Shown here piece after piece: positions 8,124 through 16,111 of a stretch of 64,000 bases of DNA. The translations under genes were made by a program, and so were the position numbers. Within the stretch, counting starts at the first letter, position 1, and every line of letters starts with the position of its first letter. The notes below the pieces were generated by a model, which saw nothing but the letters and a program-made list of their open reading frames with translations, searched no databases and was not told the origin of the DNA. This stretch comes from a virus, in the IMG/VR virus record IMGVR_UViG_3300043409_002246, positions 1 through 64,000 of that record; one strand, written 5' to 3'.

Positions 8124-8312
8124 TCACCATCCGTTCGTCCAAGCGTCGCGCAGTTCGGCCAGCGTGAACACGATTTCGGTTTTGCCGTCGGCGCGCGGCA
8201 TGTTCGGGACGAAACGATGCCACGGGCGGTTGTAGCCGATGTAGCGCCAGCCGGCGCGTTCGATGTTCGGGATGCAGTCGGCGACTTTGGGGACGATGCG
8301 GGAGTGTGCCAT
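8124..8312 (-). CDS. Hypothetical small protein
   Basis: Packs tightly between its neighbours. Confidence 0.55.
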   Translation of the reverse strand: MAHSRIVPKVADCIPNIERAGWRYIGYNRPWHRFVPNMPRADGKTEIVFTLAELRDAWTNGW

Positions 8313-8318
8313 AAAAAT

Positions 8319-8720
8319 TCAGGGCATACCGAGTTTCGCGGCGGCGAGTGCGGCAGTGAGCGCCACAGACTTGAACGCACGGTCGGCGCGTTCGGCTTTC
8401 GTCAGCTTGCGCGCCGCCGGATGGTTCAGGATGGACTCGCGGAAGGCGGTGGAGGAAAGCTGGCATTCGCCGTCGCAGTTCGGCTTGACGGTCGGAACGA
8501 CGAAGGTGCGCGCGACGATGGTGTGATTGCCGCGATCCTTGACCCGGTGGCCCAAATTAGCCTCGGTCGTCGCCAGCGAGCGTTCGGCGGCGCGGGTGAG
8601 TTCGCGCAGGTCGCGCAGGGAGAGCACCAGATACATTTTTTGGGGAGTGGCGGCGGCGGCGATGGCGGCGGCGGCGATGGCGGCGGCGGCGGCAGTGGCG
8701 GCGATTGAATTTTTCTTCAT
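8319..8720 (-). CDS. Hypothetical early protein with N-terminal poly-Ala (leaderless)
   Basis: GCC-repeat tract; ATG 7 nt after the -10 box. Confidence 0.7.
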   Translation of the reverse strand: MKKNSIAATAAAAAIAAAAIAAAATPQKMYLVLSLRDLRELTRAAERSLATTEANLGHRVKDRGNHTIVARTFVVPTVKPNCDGECQLSSTAFRESILNHPAARKLTKAERADRAFKSVALTAALAAAKLGMP

Positions 8721-8727
8721 GGTGGTA

Positions 8728-8755
8728 ACAGTAGCAGGTTTGCGGGCGTTGTCAA
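8728..8755 (-). promoter_or_regulatory. Early promoter TTGACA-N16-TACTGT, leaderless
   Basis: Repeated motif. Confidence 0.7.
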
Positions 8756-8756
8756 A

Positions 8757-8948
8757 TCAGGCAATCGTCCCGGTGCGTTCGCGCGGCACGCGGACGATGC
8801 GAAAGCCGGCGCGAGCGAGCTCGGCAAAAATGGAAGTGCCCCGGTCATATTGGGTGCGGTTGCCCGGGCGTGCCTCGGCAGCGGCGAAGGCTGCGCGGAT
8901 GGCTTTGCGGTCGGCTACGAATTTGGCGGCGCGTTTGGCGTTTGTCAT
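8757..8948 (-). CDS. Small basic hypothetical protein
   Basis: 63-aa ORF with C/A-rich leader. Confidence 0.55.
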   Translation of the reverse strand: MTNAKRAAKFVADRKAIRAAFAAAEARPGNRTQYDRGTSIFAELARAGFRIVRVPRERTGTIA

Positions 8949-8969
8949 AGGTGCGGTGTGGTTTATGGT

Positions 8970-9107
8970 TTACGGTTTACGGGTGCAGAGTTGCGCTACT
9001 GCGCGGAGCAGACCGCGCAGATGGAAAAAGAAGTTCGCCCACTTGCCCGCGCGGATGTCCCGGCAGCAGCAGGTCGCATTAAGTTTGAATTGGAGCTTGG
9101 CAGGCAT
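8970..9107 (-). CDS. 45-aa hypothetical protein
   Basis: MPAKLQFKLNATCCCRDIRAGKWANFFFHLRG...; fills the gap between neighbours. Confidence 0.4.
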   Translation of the reverse strand: MPAKLQFKLNATCCCRDIRAGKWANFFFHLRGLLRAVAQLCTRKP

Positions 9108-9125
9108 CGGAGCGTAGCGTGCGCT

Positions 9126-9236
9126 TCACGCGTAGTTGAGGATGGCAGCGAGGACGGCGAGTAAAAAGGAGCCGCCCACGAGCGCCACGAAATCGAGGCA
9201 ATCCGAGGCGCTGTCGAAGTTCAATGTTTTTCTCAT
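9126..9236 (-). CDS. 36-aa membrane microprotein (leaderless)
   Basis: MRKTLNFDSASDCLDFVALVGGSFLLAVLAAILNYA; ATG 7 nt after the -10 box. Confidence 0.6.
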   Translation of the reverse strand: MRKTLNFDSASDCLDFVALVGGSFLLAVLAAILNYA

Positions 9237-9243
9237 GGCAGAC

Positions 9244-9271
9244 AATATGGACGGCGCGGGAGCGAATTCAA
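9244..9271 (-). promoter_or_regulatory. Early promoter TTGAAT-N16-CATATT, leaderless
   Basis: Variant of the repeated motif. Confidence 0.65.
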
Positions 9272-9400
9272 GCGCGCGGAGTGCGATTGTTGCTAAGTGG
9301 TTGATTATCAACGAAAGTTTTTCGCAATCGTCGTAAGTCATAGCAACGCAACATTGTTACGTAAGCGAAGGCGTAGCCGGCGCAGCGTTGGAAATCGCAA

Positions 9401-9449
9401 GTGGCTGGTGATAAGTAGCTTGTGACAGGGAATAGGTGATAAGTGACCC
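9401..9449 (+). repeat. 7-nt-period array (GTGAnnn)
   Basis: gtggctg gtgataa gtagctt gtgacag ggaatag gtgataa gtgaccc. Confidence 0.75.
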
Positions 9450-9840
9450 GGCGAATGGACACTTGGACTCGACCTTTTGCATTTCCGTTCGCTCCCAGCC
9501 GGATTTGGGGAATCTGTTCCCTACCAGTAGGCCCTCCCGTAGGCCCTCCCGGAGGGAAACGCAGTAGAGGGTATTGTATAATAATTTTACTATAAAGATT
9601 TTATCTTTAACTTTATGTGTCCATGTGTTCAATCCCCCTGCAATCATTGGGGATATTCGGGCTGGACACATGAAAAGGGTAAGTGTCCATGAGTGTCCAG
9701 AATTCAGGGCTGCGCCCTTTTTGCGGCAGGCTCGAACCTCGAACATCGAACATCCCCGGAAACATCCCCGGAAACATCCCCGGTCAGCGCCGGCCAAGCC
9801 GGACGGGATACCCGGCAAGCCGCCGGCCAAGCCACCAGAA
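9450..9840. other. Candidate replication origin
   Basis: Strand-switch region: AT-rich core 9572-9615; five TGGACAC/GTGTCCA heptamers; 12-bp tandem repeats at 9527-9550 and 9749-9783. Confidence 0.5.
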
Positions 9841-9849
9841 AAGTAGCCG

Positions 9850-9878
9850 TTGACAAACAGGTCGCATCTTCGCATCTT
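9850..9878 (+). promoter_or_regulatory. Promoter TTGACA-N17-CATCTT, leaderless
   Basis: ATG at 9884, 5 nt after the -10 box. Confidence 0.75.
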
Positions 9879-9883
9879 AGGTT

Positions 9884-10042
9884 ATGGGAAACGACAAACG
9901 CAAGCGGGAGCATCCGCTATTCGACAAAATGCCGGCGCATGTTCGCAAGCTCCGCGAGAGCGCCGCGAAGAACAAGCGCAACCAAGACCGCCGTGACTTC
10001 GTCGCGCGGCTCAACGAGGGATCAAACAAAAATGTTCACTGA
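9884..10042 (+). CDS. 52-aa basic protein (absent from the ORF track)
   Basis: MGNDKRKREHPLFDKMPAHVRKLRESAAKNKRNQDRRDFVARLNEGSNKNVH. Confidence 0.6.
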   Translation: MGNDKRKREHPLFDKMPAHVRKLRESAAKNKRNQDRRDFVARLNEGSNKNVH

Positions 10043-10235
10043 CAACTGCATCCCCCTAGGCCGGAGCGCGTGCCTCTATTGGGGCGCGATCAAACCCTTG
10101 CCTGAAGCCGTGACAACCTCGAAGTGGATTTACCGGCGGGCGCTCTGGCGCTTTTACGTGAAGGTGATTGGCCCGGGCGTCGCTGGCATGGCGGCGTTCT
10201 TGAAGGCGTATGTTCGCCCGGAGGTCGCGCCGTGA
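10032..10235 (+). CDS. Hypothetical small protein
   Basis: MFTDNCIPLG...; overlaps both neighbours. Confidence 0.5.
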   Translation: MFTDNCIPLGRSACLYWGAIKPLPEAVTTSKWIYRRALWRFYVKVIGPGVAGMAAFLKAYVRPEVAP

Positions 10236-10483
10236 ACCTTGAAAACTTAACCGATGCTGAACGCGACGAATACAACGCCCGCGAGTTGGCCGCGCACCAA
10301 TCCCGGGAGCGCCAAGCGGCGGAGCGCCGAGCCGAGCGATGCGCCAAGTATGCCGCCAAGCGTGCCAAAGCCGGATCGAATCTCCCCCGGGTAGAACGCC
10401 CCCAGCGTGAGCTTTCCCAAATGAACGCCGGGCGGGTTGCCCTCGGCTTGCGCCCCCTTCCTTCCCTACCAAACCGACCATGA
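10232..10483 (+). CDS. Hypothetical helical protein (GTG start)
   Basis: GGAGG SD and GTGA overlap. Confidence 0.6.
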   Translation: MNLENLTDAERDEYNARELAAHQSRERQAAERRAERCAKYAAKRAKAGSNLPRVERPQRELSQMNAGRVALGLRPLPSLPNRP

Positions 10484-10887
10484 ATGCCTCAATGCGAAGA
10501 GAGATCAAGTTTTACGCGCGCACGCCGGAAGAGAAAAACCGTTTTCTCGCCGAAGACCGCGCAGTCAACAACGCCCGCCGTGACTACCTGAAAGTGGTTG
10601 AGTGGTATGCGAAGGCGAAGCCCGGCGAGCCCGTGCCCCCGCCTGAAAAGCGCGGCTACACTGTCCCGGCGTTACTCGTGGCGGAGCGTGCCAAGCGGAA
10701 GGCGCAGAGGTTAGCCGTCTTCGCCGTCGCTCGTGAGGCTCGCGAGGTTGCCGCCGCCTCTGCGAAAGCCGTCCGTGTTCGTGCAAAGCAAATTGAATCC
10801 GCGAAAGCTTTGGTCGAGCGCCTATCGGCGGACCTTGAAGCCGCCCTCGGCGTGCTGTGCGATTTAGAAGGGAGCGCGAAGTCGTGA
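10480..10887 (+). CDS. Hypothetical protein
   Basis: ATGA-coupled 135-aa ORF. Confidence 0.6.
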   Translation: MNASMRREIKFYARTPEEKNRFLAEDRAVNNARRDYLKVVEWYAKAKPGEPVPPPEKRGYTVPALLVAERAKRKAQRLAVFAVAREAREVAAASAKAVRVRAKQIESAKALVERLSADLEAALGVLCDLEGSAKS

Positions 10888-11465
10888 ACAAGAACAAGCT
10901 CGATGTCGTTCAGGTGTTTCAGTATTGGCTGACGTTCTCAGGTGACGCCACGCGCGTCGCCGTCGCCCTGTCCATCCCGCGCGAGGATGTCGAGGCACTG
11001 GCGAAGGCGGAAGAGTGGTCTGTCAAGCTCCGCGAGTGGAGTGAGCTAAAGGAGTCTGGCCCCGACGTTCAAATCAGCTTGAATCGCGCGGTCAACTACG
11101 TCCAGTCGTCGCGCCTGCGTGCCGTGCTCGACAAGCTTGTCACTGAGCTTGGAACGAAGACGGCGCAAGAGTTGATTGAGCTTTGTTCTGTGCGCGGGAA
11201 AGATGGCGCGTTTGGTTCGCTGAATTTTCGCGCGATCACCGATTTGACAAAGGCGTCTGAAGCCGTTCAGTTGATGACGATGCGAAGCCTCGGCGATACG
11301 CCGGCAGAGCAACCCGAAGCGAAGGAGCGCAAAGGCTCCGCCATCGCCCTCAGTGTGCAGGCGGCGCTCAATGCCGGAGAGAGCCTCGGCATCTCCTCGA
11401 TGGACGCGGTGAAGCTCGCCCTGAATGCCCCGGCCAAGCCGGCGCTTGCCCTCCCCGAATCGTGA
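10884..11465 (+). CDS. Probable terminase small subunit
   Basis: N-terminal HTH-like segment (ATRVAVALSIPREDVEALAKAEEW) followed by helices; upstream of a G-run region and TerL. Confidence 0.5.
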   Translation: MNKNKLDVVQVFQYWLTFSGDATRVAVALSIPREDVEALAKAEEWSVKLREWSELKESGPDVQISLNRAVNYVQSSRLRAVLDKLVTELGTKTAQELIELCSVRGKDGAFGSLNFRAITDLTKASEAVQLMTMRSLGDTPAEQPEAKERKGSAIALSVQAALNAGESLGISSMDAVKLALNAPAKPALALPES

Positions 11466-12232
11466 GACGCACCTACACCCTCGGCCAGCGTGCCGTTGAC
11501 CTCAGTCTGTTTTTCCACGGTCACTACGGGAAGCACTGGCGCAGGCGTCTGGTTGCCCTCGGCTTGCTCGCGAACGATCATCCCACCTTCCTGCCTACTT
11601 GGCGGCGCCCGGGCGATCCTAGGCCCGCCCTTGGCCCGTTGGCGCTTGTGTCACTGATAAGGCTAGACGAGCACGCCAAGAGCCTCGGATTTGCTGGCGT
11701 TATGAGCCATTGTGGCACACGAGCGAAAGTGGCTAGAATTGCTCAGGGTGGTCAAAAAGCTACACCTTCCGATACTCAGGTAACTCGATTGGATCACTTT
11801 AGATTCGTCACTTGTCATCCATCTCTGGTCACTGGTCGCTGTGCCTCGTTGACAGGCAACACGTTAGGAGGGATAGGGATACTGCATCCCCATCCCGGAC
11901 CTGCGGGAGGGCCTCCGGTGACGCAGGAATCGTGCCAAAAACGGGGTGGGGGACGGGGGGGCGATCCGGGGGGCCGTATTTCGCTCAAGGCTCGCCGCGC
12001 GGCCATAACCCTCTATCGTGACCTCACTTGTGAAGAACGGAGGATCAGGCGGGAAGAGTTGTGGCCGGCTGTCAACTACCTGAAGCTGACCGAGACGTGT
12101 GCCAAAATGGCTCAGTTGCGCCAAACTGTCACAGTGACTAAGATCGTCCCGGACGTGAGATTCATCACCCTCGTCGTGCCGCCGCCTGAGCTTTGGGCGA
12201 CGTGGGCGCAGTTGCACCTGACCGAAAAGTGA
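11462..12232 (+). CDS. Hypothetical ORF spanning a probable cis-acting region
   Basis: GTGA-coupled; the middle third has atypical composition (heptamer array, G-runs). Confidence 0.3.
   Translation: MRRTYTLGQRAVDLSLFFHGHYGKHWRRRLVALGLLANDHPTFLPTWRRPGDPRPALGPLALVSLIRLDEHAKSLGFAGVMSHCGTRAKVARIAQGGQKATPSDTQVTRLDHFRFVTCHPSLVTGRCASLTGNTLGGIGILHPHPGPAGGPPVTQESCQKRGGGRGGDPGGRISLKARRAAITLYRDLTCEERRIRREELWPAVNYLKLTETCAKMAQLRQTVTVTKIVPDVRFITLVVPPPELWATWAQLHLTEK
11805..11839 (-). repeat. 7-nt-period array (GTGAnnn), inverted relative to the other three
   Basis: Minus strand gcgacca gtgacca gagatgg atgacaa gtgacga. Confidence 0.55.
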
Positions 12233-12242
12233 GCCCGAATTT

Positions 12243-13007
12243 ATGACCGAATCATCTACCGTTAAGTATGCTGACCTCCGCAAGGAAGGCGGCGAAATGG
12301 AGACTCTGAAACTGCCGGCATACGTGGCCTGCACCCGGCGGCGCCCGGCGCTCGTGGAGCCCTTTTTGGCCGGCATCCATCCGCACGTTCTCTACTACGG
12401 GCCGGACGATACCTACCCTCCGGAGGACTTCAAACTGTCGCCTCAGTGGGCCGAACTGCAACGCTGTTTGGTGGGGCAGTTCCGGGCTTGGAACAACCAT
12501 GTCGAGATGGCCAAGCTGTTCCTCAAGACCGACGCCCCCGTCGGGCTGTTCATGGAAGACGACGCGGTCCCCATCGTAGATAACTGGTCAAATATCGTAA
12601 ACGCTTGTCTCTCGTTACTTACCACTTACGACGTGTTCGGCCTCTTCGCCGACCCGATGAAGCTCGATGGCGCCAAGACTCCGTTCACCTACGAAACGCA
12701 GTCGGTCTTTTGTCGCCGGCGGATTGTCACGGTTCGCCCGTGCTGGGGCAGACCGATCATGGTGTGGGGCTGTCAGGCTTACCTGATGACGAGGCGCGTC
12801 GCGGAGAAGCTGGTGCGGCGCGAATACGACGGCCAGCCGATTGACGCGTATCTCCCGAACTTTGGCAGTTTTGCTTTTCTCGATCCGAGTCCGTTTGTTC
12901 ACGACCGATCACAGGGCAGCATGATTGATCCGCACGTCGGGAATTTCGCGCAGAAAGAAAACGCAAAAAAGCCGTTGACAAACATATCGCGGATGGGCAT
13001 CTTGTAG
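12243..13007 (+). CDS. Glycosyltransferase, GT25-like
   Basis: H...W-like helix, GLFMEDDA, GCQAYLMTRRVAEKL, PID, FVHDRSQGS. Confidence 0.75.
   Translation: MTESSTVKYADLRKEGGEMETLKLPAYVACTRRRPALVEPFLAGIHPHVLYYGPDDTYPPEDFKLSPQWAELQRCLVGQFRAWNNHVEMAKLFLKTDAPVGLFMEDDAVPIVDNWSNIVNACLSLLTTYDVFGLFADPMKLDGAKTPFTYETQSVFCRRRIVTVRPCWGRPIMVWGCQAYLMTRRVAEKLVRREYDGQPIDAYLPNFGSFAFLDPSPFVHDRSQGSMIDPHVGNFAQKENAKKPLTNISRMGIL
12975..13003 (+). promoter_or_regulatory. Promoter TTGACA-N17-CATCTT
   Basis: Repeated motif; drives the structured leader/ncRNA. Confidence 0.75.
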
Positions 13008-13009
13008 TT

Positions 13010-13123
13010 GTAAGCGTCGTGTGCGGTAGATAAAAAATTCGCACCCCGAGAGTCTGGCTGAAACCGGACTTAACCGAATAGTTTGCGGAGCACCCGCACC
13101 GGGACGAACACACGACGCGCTTT
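13010..13123 (+). ncRNA. Candidate structured RNA (multi-stem)
   Basis: Perfect 10-bp closing stem 13014-13023/13109-13118 with inner hairpins 13051-13070 and 13084-13098; begins at the predicted TSS. Confidence 0.55.
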
Positions 13124-13137
13124 GGTTGCCGCCCCTT

Positions 13138-13512
13138 ATGAAACTATACATCGCCGCACAGGATCAGCACGCCGCTCGCGAAGCGTCACAGTCCCTCCGC
13201 ATTGAGGGGCACGTAATCACCGCGCGCTGGCTCCACGCTGAGTTCATGTCAACGGAGTTTTACTCCGAGGCCGAGCGCATTCAAATCGCCTTCGATGACG
13301 TGCGCGACGTGGTGCGCGCCGATGCGCTGGTGCTTTTGGAGCCGAGTCCGTTGGAGAAGGTGCCCGGCGGGAAGTTTGTGGAAGTCGGCGTCGCCCTCGG
13401 GTTGAACAAACGCGTTTACGTGGTCGGGCCGCGCGCGAACATGCTGATGTGGCACCCGCTCGTAACCTGCGTGGCGAACCTCTCCGAACTCTGCAACGAA
13501 CTGCGCGACTGA
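13138..13512 (+). CDS. Nucleoside 2-deoxyribosyltransferase-like protein
   Basis: MKLYIAA, DVVRADALV, GGKFVEVGVALGLNKRVYVVG. Confidence 0.7.
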   Translation: MKLYIAAQDQHAAREASQSLRIEGHVITARWLHAEFMSTEFYSEAERIQIAFDDVRDVVRADALVLLEPSPLEKVPGGKFVEVGVALGLNKRVYVVGPRANMLMWHPLVTCVANLSELCNELRD

Positions 13513-14282
13513 TGAACTGGTGCCTTACACATGGACGGGAAGCGACCGGGGACAACCGCTGCGATCCGTCCCTCGGCGGCATTATGATGCCGTGCCAGAC
13601 GGTGATGGTCCCCCCGATCTACGTTTTTGGATGCGTTCGCCGGCCTCCGTTGGCGATGCCGCCGCTGGTTGCCGCCGGCCTCAACCCCACGCTGCACGTC
13701 GGCACCGACTACAACCCGCCGCGCGGCACCACGTTTAAGCCGCCATACAACCGGGCGCTCGATCACAAGCTGACGGCGCATTACCGGGTGTTCCTCGGAC
13801 ACCGCGACATGGCGTATCGTTTTTTATGCGAGCATCCGGAGGCGCCGTATGCGCTGATGATGGAAGACGACGGAGTTCCGAACTGCGCGGACTTTGTTTC
13901 CGTCATCGCTGACTCTCTCAACTACGCGATTCGGAACAATCTTCCGACGCTCTGTTTACACGCGCGCTCCATCCGCCCTCAGCTATTCACCCCGTCCGGC
14001 CATCTCCCCAACCGCATCGTGTTCAAGCTCAGGCCGCAAACGCGCCGCACTCCGAACGCAATGGGCGGCACTCACCATCTTTACGGGTTCACGCTGGCCT
14101 ACCTGATCTCGCGCGCCGTCGCGAACTCATTTACCGAGGGGCCGGCATGGACTGGAATACCGGTTGACTGCCACCTGCCGGACACTTATGGAACCGAGCT
14201 TTTACAGCCAAGTCCGTTCAACCACGACCGCTCGCAAGGTTCACTGGTTGACGGCAAATACCGCAAGCCGAAACATGTCTGA
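13512..14282 (+). CDS. Glycosyltransferase, GT25-like (start uncertain)
   Basis: ALMMEDDG, LAYLISRAVA, PVD, FNHDRSQGS; paralogue of 12243-13007. Confidence 0.7.
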   Translation: MNWCLTHGREATGDNRCDPSLGGIMMPCQTVMVPPIYVFGCVRRPPLAMPPLVAAGLNPTLHVGTDYNPPRGTTFKPPYNRALDHKLTAHYRVFLGHRDMAYRFLCEHPEAPYALMMEDDGVPNCADFVSVIADSLNYAIRNNLPTLCLHARSIRPQLFTPSGHLPNRIVFKLRPQTRRTPNAMGGTHHLYGFTLAYLISRAVANSFTEGPAWTGIPVDCHLPDTYGTELLQPSPFNHDRSQGSLVDGKYRKPKHV

Positions 14283-14976
14283 GAACCACAACGTTAAATA
14301 TCCGCGCCGCGCGCCGGTTGTCCCCTTGGTGCCGCCGGTGTATGTGCTCGGCCACGCCAGCCGCTCGGGCCGGGTGTTGCCGCACCTGAGCCGGCTCAGT
14401 CATACTCTGGTCATCAACCCCGACTGGCCGCTGGGGAACATCACCATGCACCCGACCTACGCGGGCCGGTGTCCGTTGAATCACTACCGGGTGTTCCGGG
14501 GCTGGCAGACGATGGCGGATAAATTCCTCGTGGCCAACGCAAACCCCGTGGGATTGTTTTTTGAAGACGACGCGGTTCCGAATTGCCCCGACTGGACGCG
14601 CCGGATCAACTTGCTCGCTCACTGGATGGAGGGAAAATACGACCTGATGTATCTCTGCGGCAGGTGTTTTAATCCGAAGCGTTTCGACTTGGTTGCCACG
14701 GTGCTGCAAACCCCGGTGTATTCCCTCAAGGTTGATGCGGCTGGAAGCACCGACGATTTTGGTGGGATGAATCATGTCTTCGGCTGCTGTGCGGCGCTCA
14801 TGTCGCGCGACGGGGCCTGCAAAATGGCGACGGCTCGCTGGACCGGCGTCCCGGGCGACGTTTACTTCCCGGACCACTCTCGGTTCTGCTTCGTCGGCGC
14901 GACCGACTCCATGTTCATCCACGACCACTCGCAAGGATCGCTCATTGACCCGAGCGTGTCAGCGACCTATCTATGA
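14275..14976 (+). CDS. Glycosyltransferase, GT25-like
   Basis: GLFFEDDA, AALMSRDGACKM, PGD, FIHDHSQGS. Confidence 0.7.
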   Translation: MSENHNVKYPRRAPVVPLVPPVYVLGHASRSGRVLPHLSRLSHTLVINPDWPLGNITMHPTYAGRCPLNHYRVFRGWQTMADKFLVANANPVGLFFEDDAVPNCPDWTRRINLLAHWMEGKYDLMYLCGRCFNPKRFDLVATVLQTPVYSLKVDAAGSTDDFGGMNHVFGCCAALMSRDGACKMATARWTGVPGDVYFPDHSRFCFVGATDSMFIHDHSQGSLIDPSVSATYL

Positions 14977-15419
14977 AGAATTGCTCAAAGTGCAGGGAGC
15001 CTAAACCGTCTGAGGATTTCGCGGGGCACGTTAGCGGTAAGGACGGGAAACGGGCTGCCTGCAAGGAATGTGTTAAGCTCATGCAGCAGGACTGGAACCG
15101 GAGAAATCCCGGGAGGAACTCGGCTAGAGCCGTGGCGTGGAATAAGGCTAACCCTACAAAATTCAAAAGTGCTCAACTCAAATATACCTACGGGATTACC
15201 TTGGATGATTTTTTGAGGTTGGAGATTGCTCAGGAAGGTAAGTGTAGGGTTTGTGGGGGGTTGCCTCACCCCGGTAAGGCCCTCTGTGTGGATCACGACC
15301 ACGTGAGCGGTAGGATGAGGGCGCTGTTGTGTCATTCGTGCAACGTCTCGTTGGGATTGATGCGGGATAGTCCGGTTCTGCTGCGTAGGGCGGCTGACTA
15401 CTTGGAGGATTTTCAATGA
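14973..15419 (+). CDS. Endonuclease VII-like HNH protein (probable homing endonuclease)
   Basis: CxxC pairs, VDHDHVSGRMRALLCHSCNVSLG; visibly lower GC3 than its neighbours. Confidence 0.85.
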   Translation: MKNCSKCREPKPSEDFAGHVSGKDGKRAACKECVKLMQQDWNRRNPGRNSARAVAWNKANPTKFKSAQLKYTYGITLDDFLRLEIAQEGKCRVCGGLPHPGKALCVDHDHVSGRMRALLCHSCNVSLGLMRDSPVLLRRAADYLEDFQ

Positions 15420-16111
15420 GGGTCTATACCTTTTATGAACCGATCAATGCGGAGACTCCCGGCACCATGCAGGTGTGGAAGGAGAGTTGGGCGCATCATG
15501 GCTGGGAGCCGGTAGTTCTCGGCGTGGAAGATTTCAAGCAGCACCCTGCGTGGGAGTTTTACGACGCGGCCACGGACAAGCTGCCGACCTTCAACAACCG
15601 GATTTACGAGCGCGCGTGCTACCGGCGCTGGATGGCTATGGGCCCCGTCGGCGGCGGGCTGATGACGGACTACGACGTGCTCAACCGGGGATTCATTCCA
15701 TCCGATTTGAACAACCTTGACCTCTCCGAGCTTTCGATCATGTGCGAGGACCGGGTGCCGTGTGTGGTGTTCGGCACCGGGCACCAGTATCTCCGGGCGG
15801 CGCTGGAATTCGCCCGCTACGTGCCGGATGAACGCGATGTTTATCGTGGCCACGATGCCGACCCCTACAAGGGGAACAACGGCAAGCAGTTGGTGGAAGA
15901 CATGACGATTCTCCGCCGGCATACCTCCGACATGAACATCGTCGGCAGAGCCGAGCCGCACCCGTGGTTCGTGGAGCGATACGTCTGCTGTGATTACCGG
16001 CATTACCTGAACAATCCCAAGGGCTACGCGCGGACGCCGCTGGTCCACTTCAGCGCCTACGGAACGCACGGGCTCAACCGGACTGCGGTCATGCGGAAGA
16101 TGATGAAATGA
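15416..16111 (+). CDS. GT-A fold (DxD) glycosyltransferase-like protein
   Basis: WKESWAHHGWEPVVL, RW.AM..VGGGLMTDYDV, late VHF. Confidence 0.6.
   Translation: MRVYTFYEPINAETPGTMQVWKESWAHHGWEPVVLGVEDFKQHPAWEFYDAATDKLPTFNNRIYERACYRRWMAMGPVGGGLMTDYDVLNRGFIPSDLNNLDLSELSIMCEDRVPCVVFGTGHQYLRAALEFARYVPDERDVYRGHDADPYKGNNGKQLVEDMTILRRHTSDMNIVGRAEPHPWFVERYVCCDYRHYLNNPKGYARTPLVHFSAYGTHGLNRTAVMRKMMK

Noticed and set aside
9357-10031. ORFs across the divergence region (9357-9875, 9574-9846, 5' part of 9693-10235)
   Set aside because: They translate tandem repeats and AT-rich DNA; better explained as cis-acting sequence.
11849-11880. TTGACA at 11849 as a promoter
   Set aside because: No matching -10 box at 16-17 bp spacing.
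13010-13123. Hammerhead ribozyme, tRNA or SRP identity for the structured RNA
   Set aside because: No CUGANGA/GAAA core in the right arrangement, no cloverleaf, and no SRP GGAA loop motif.
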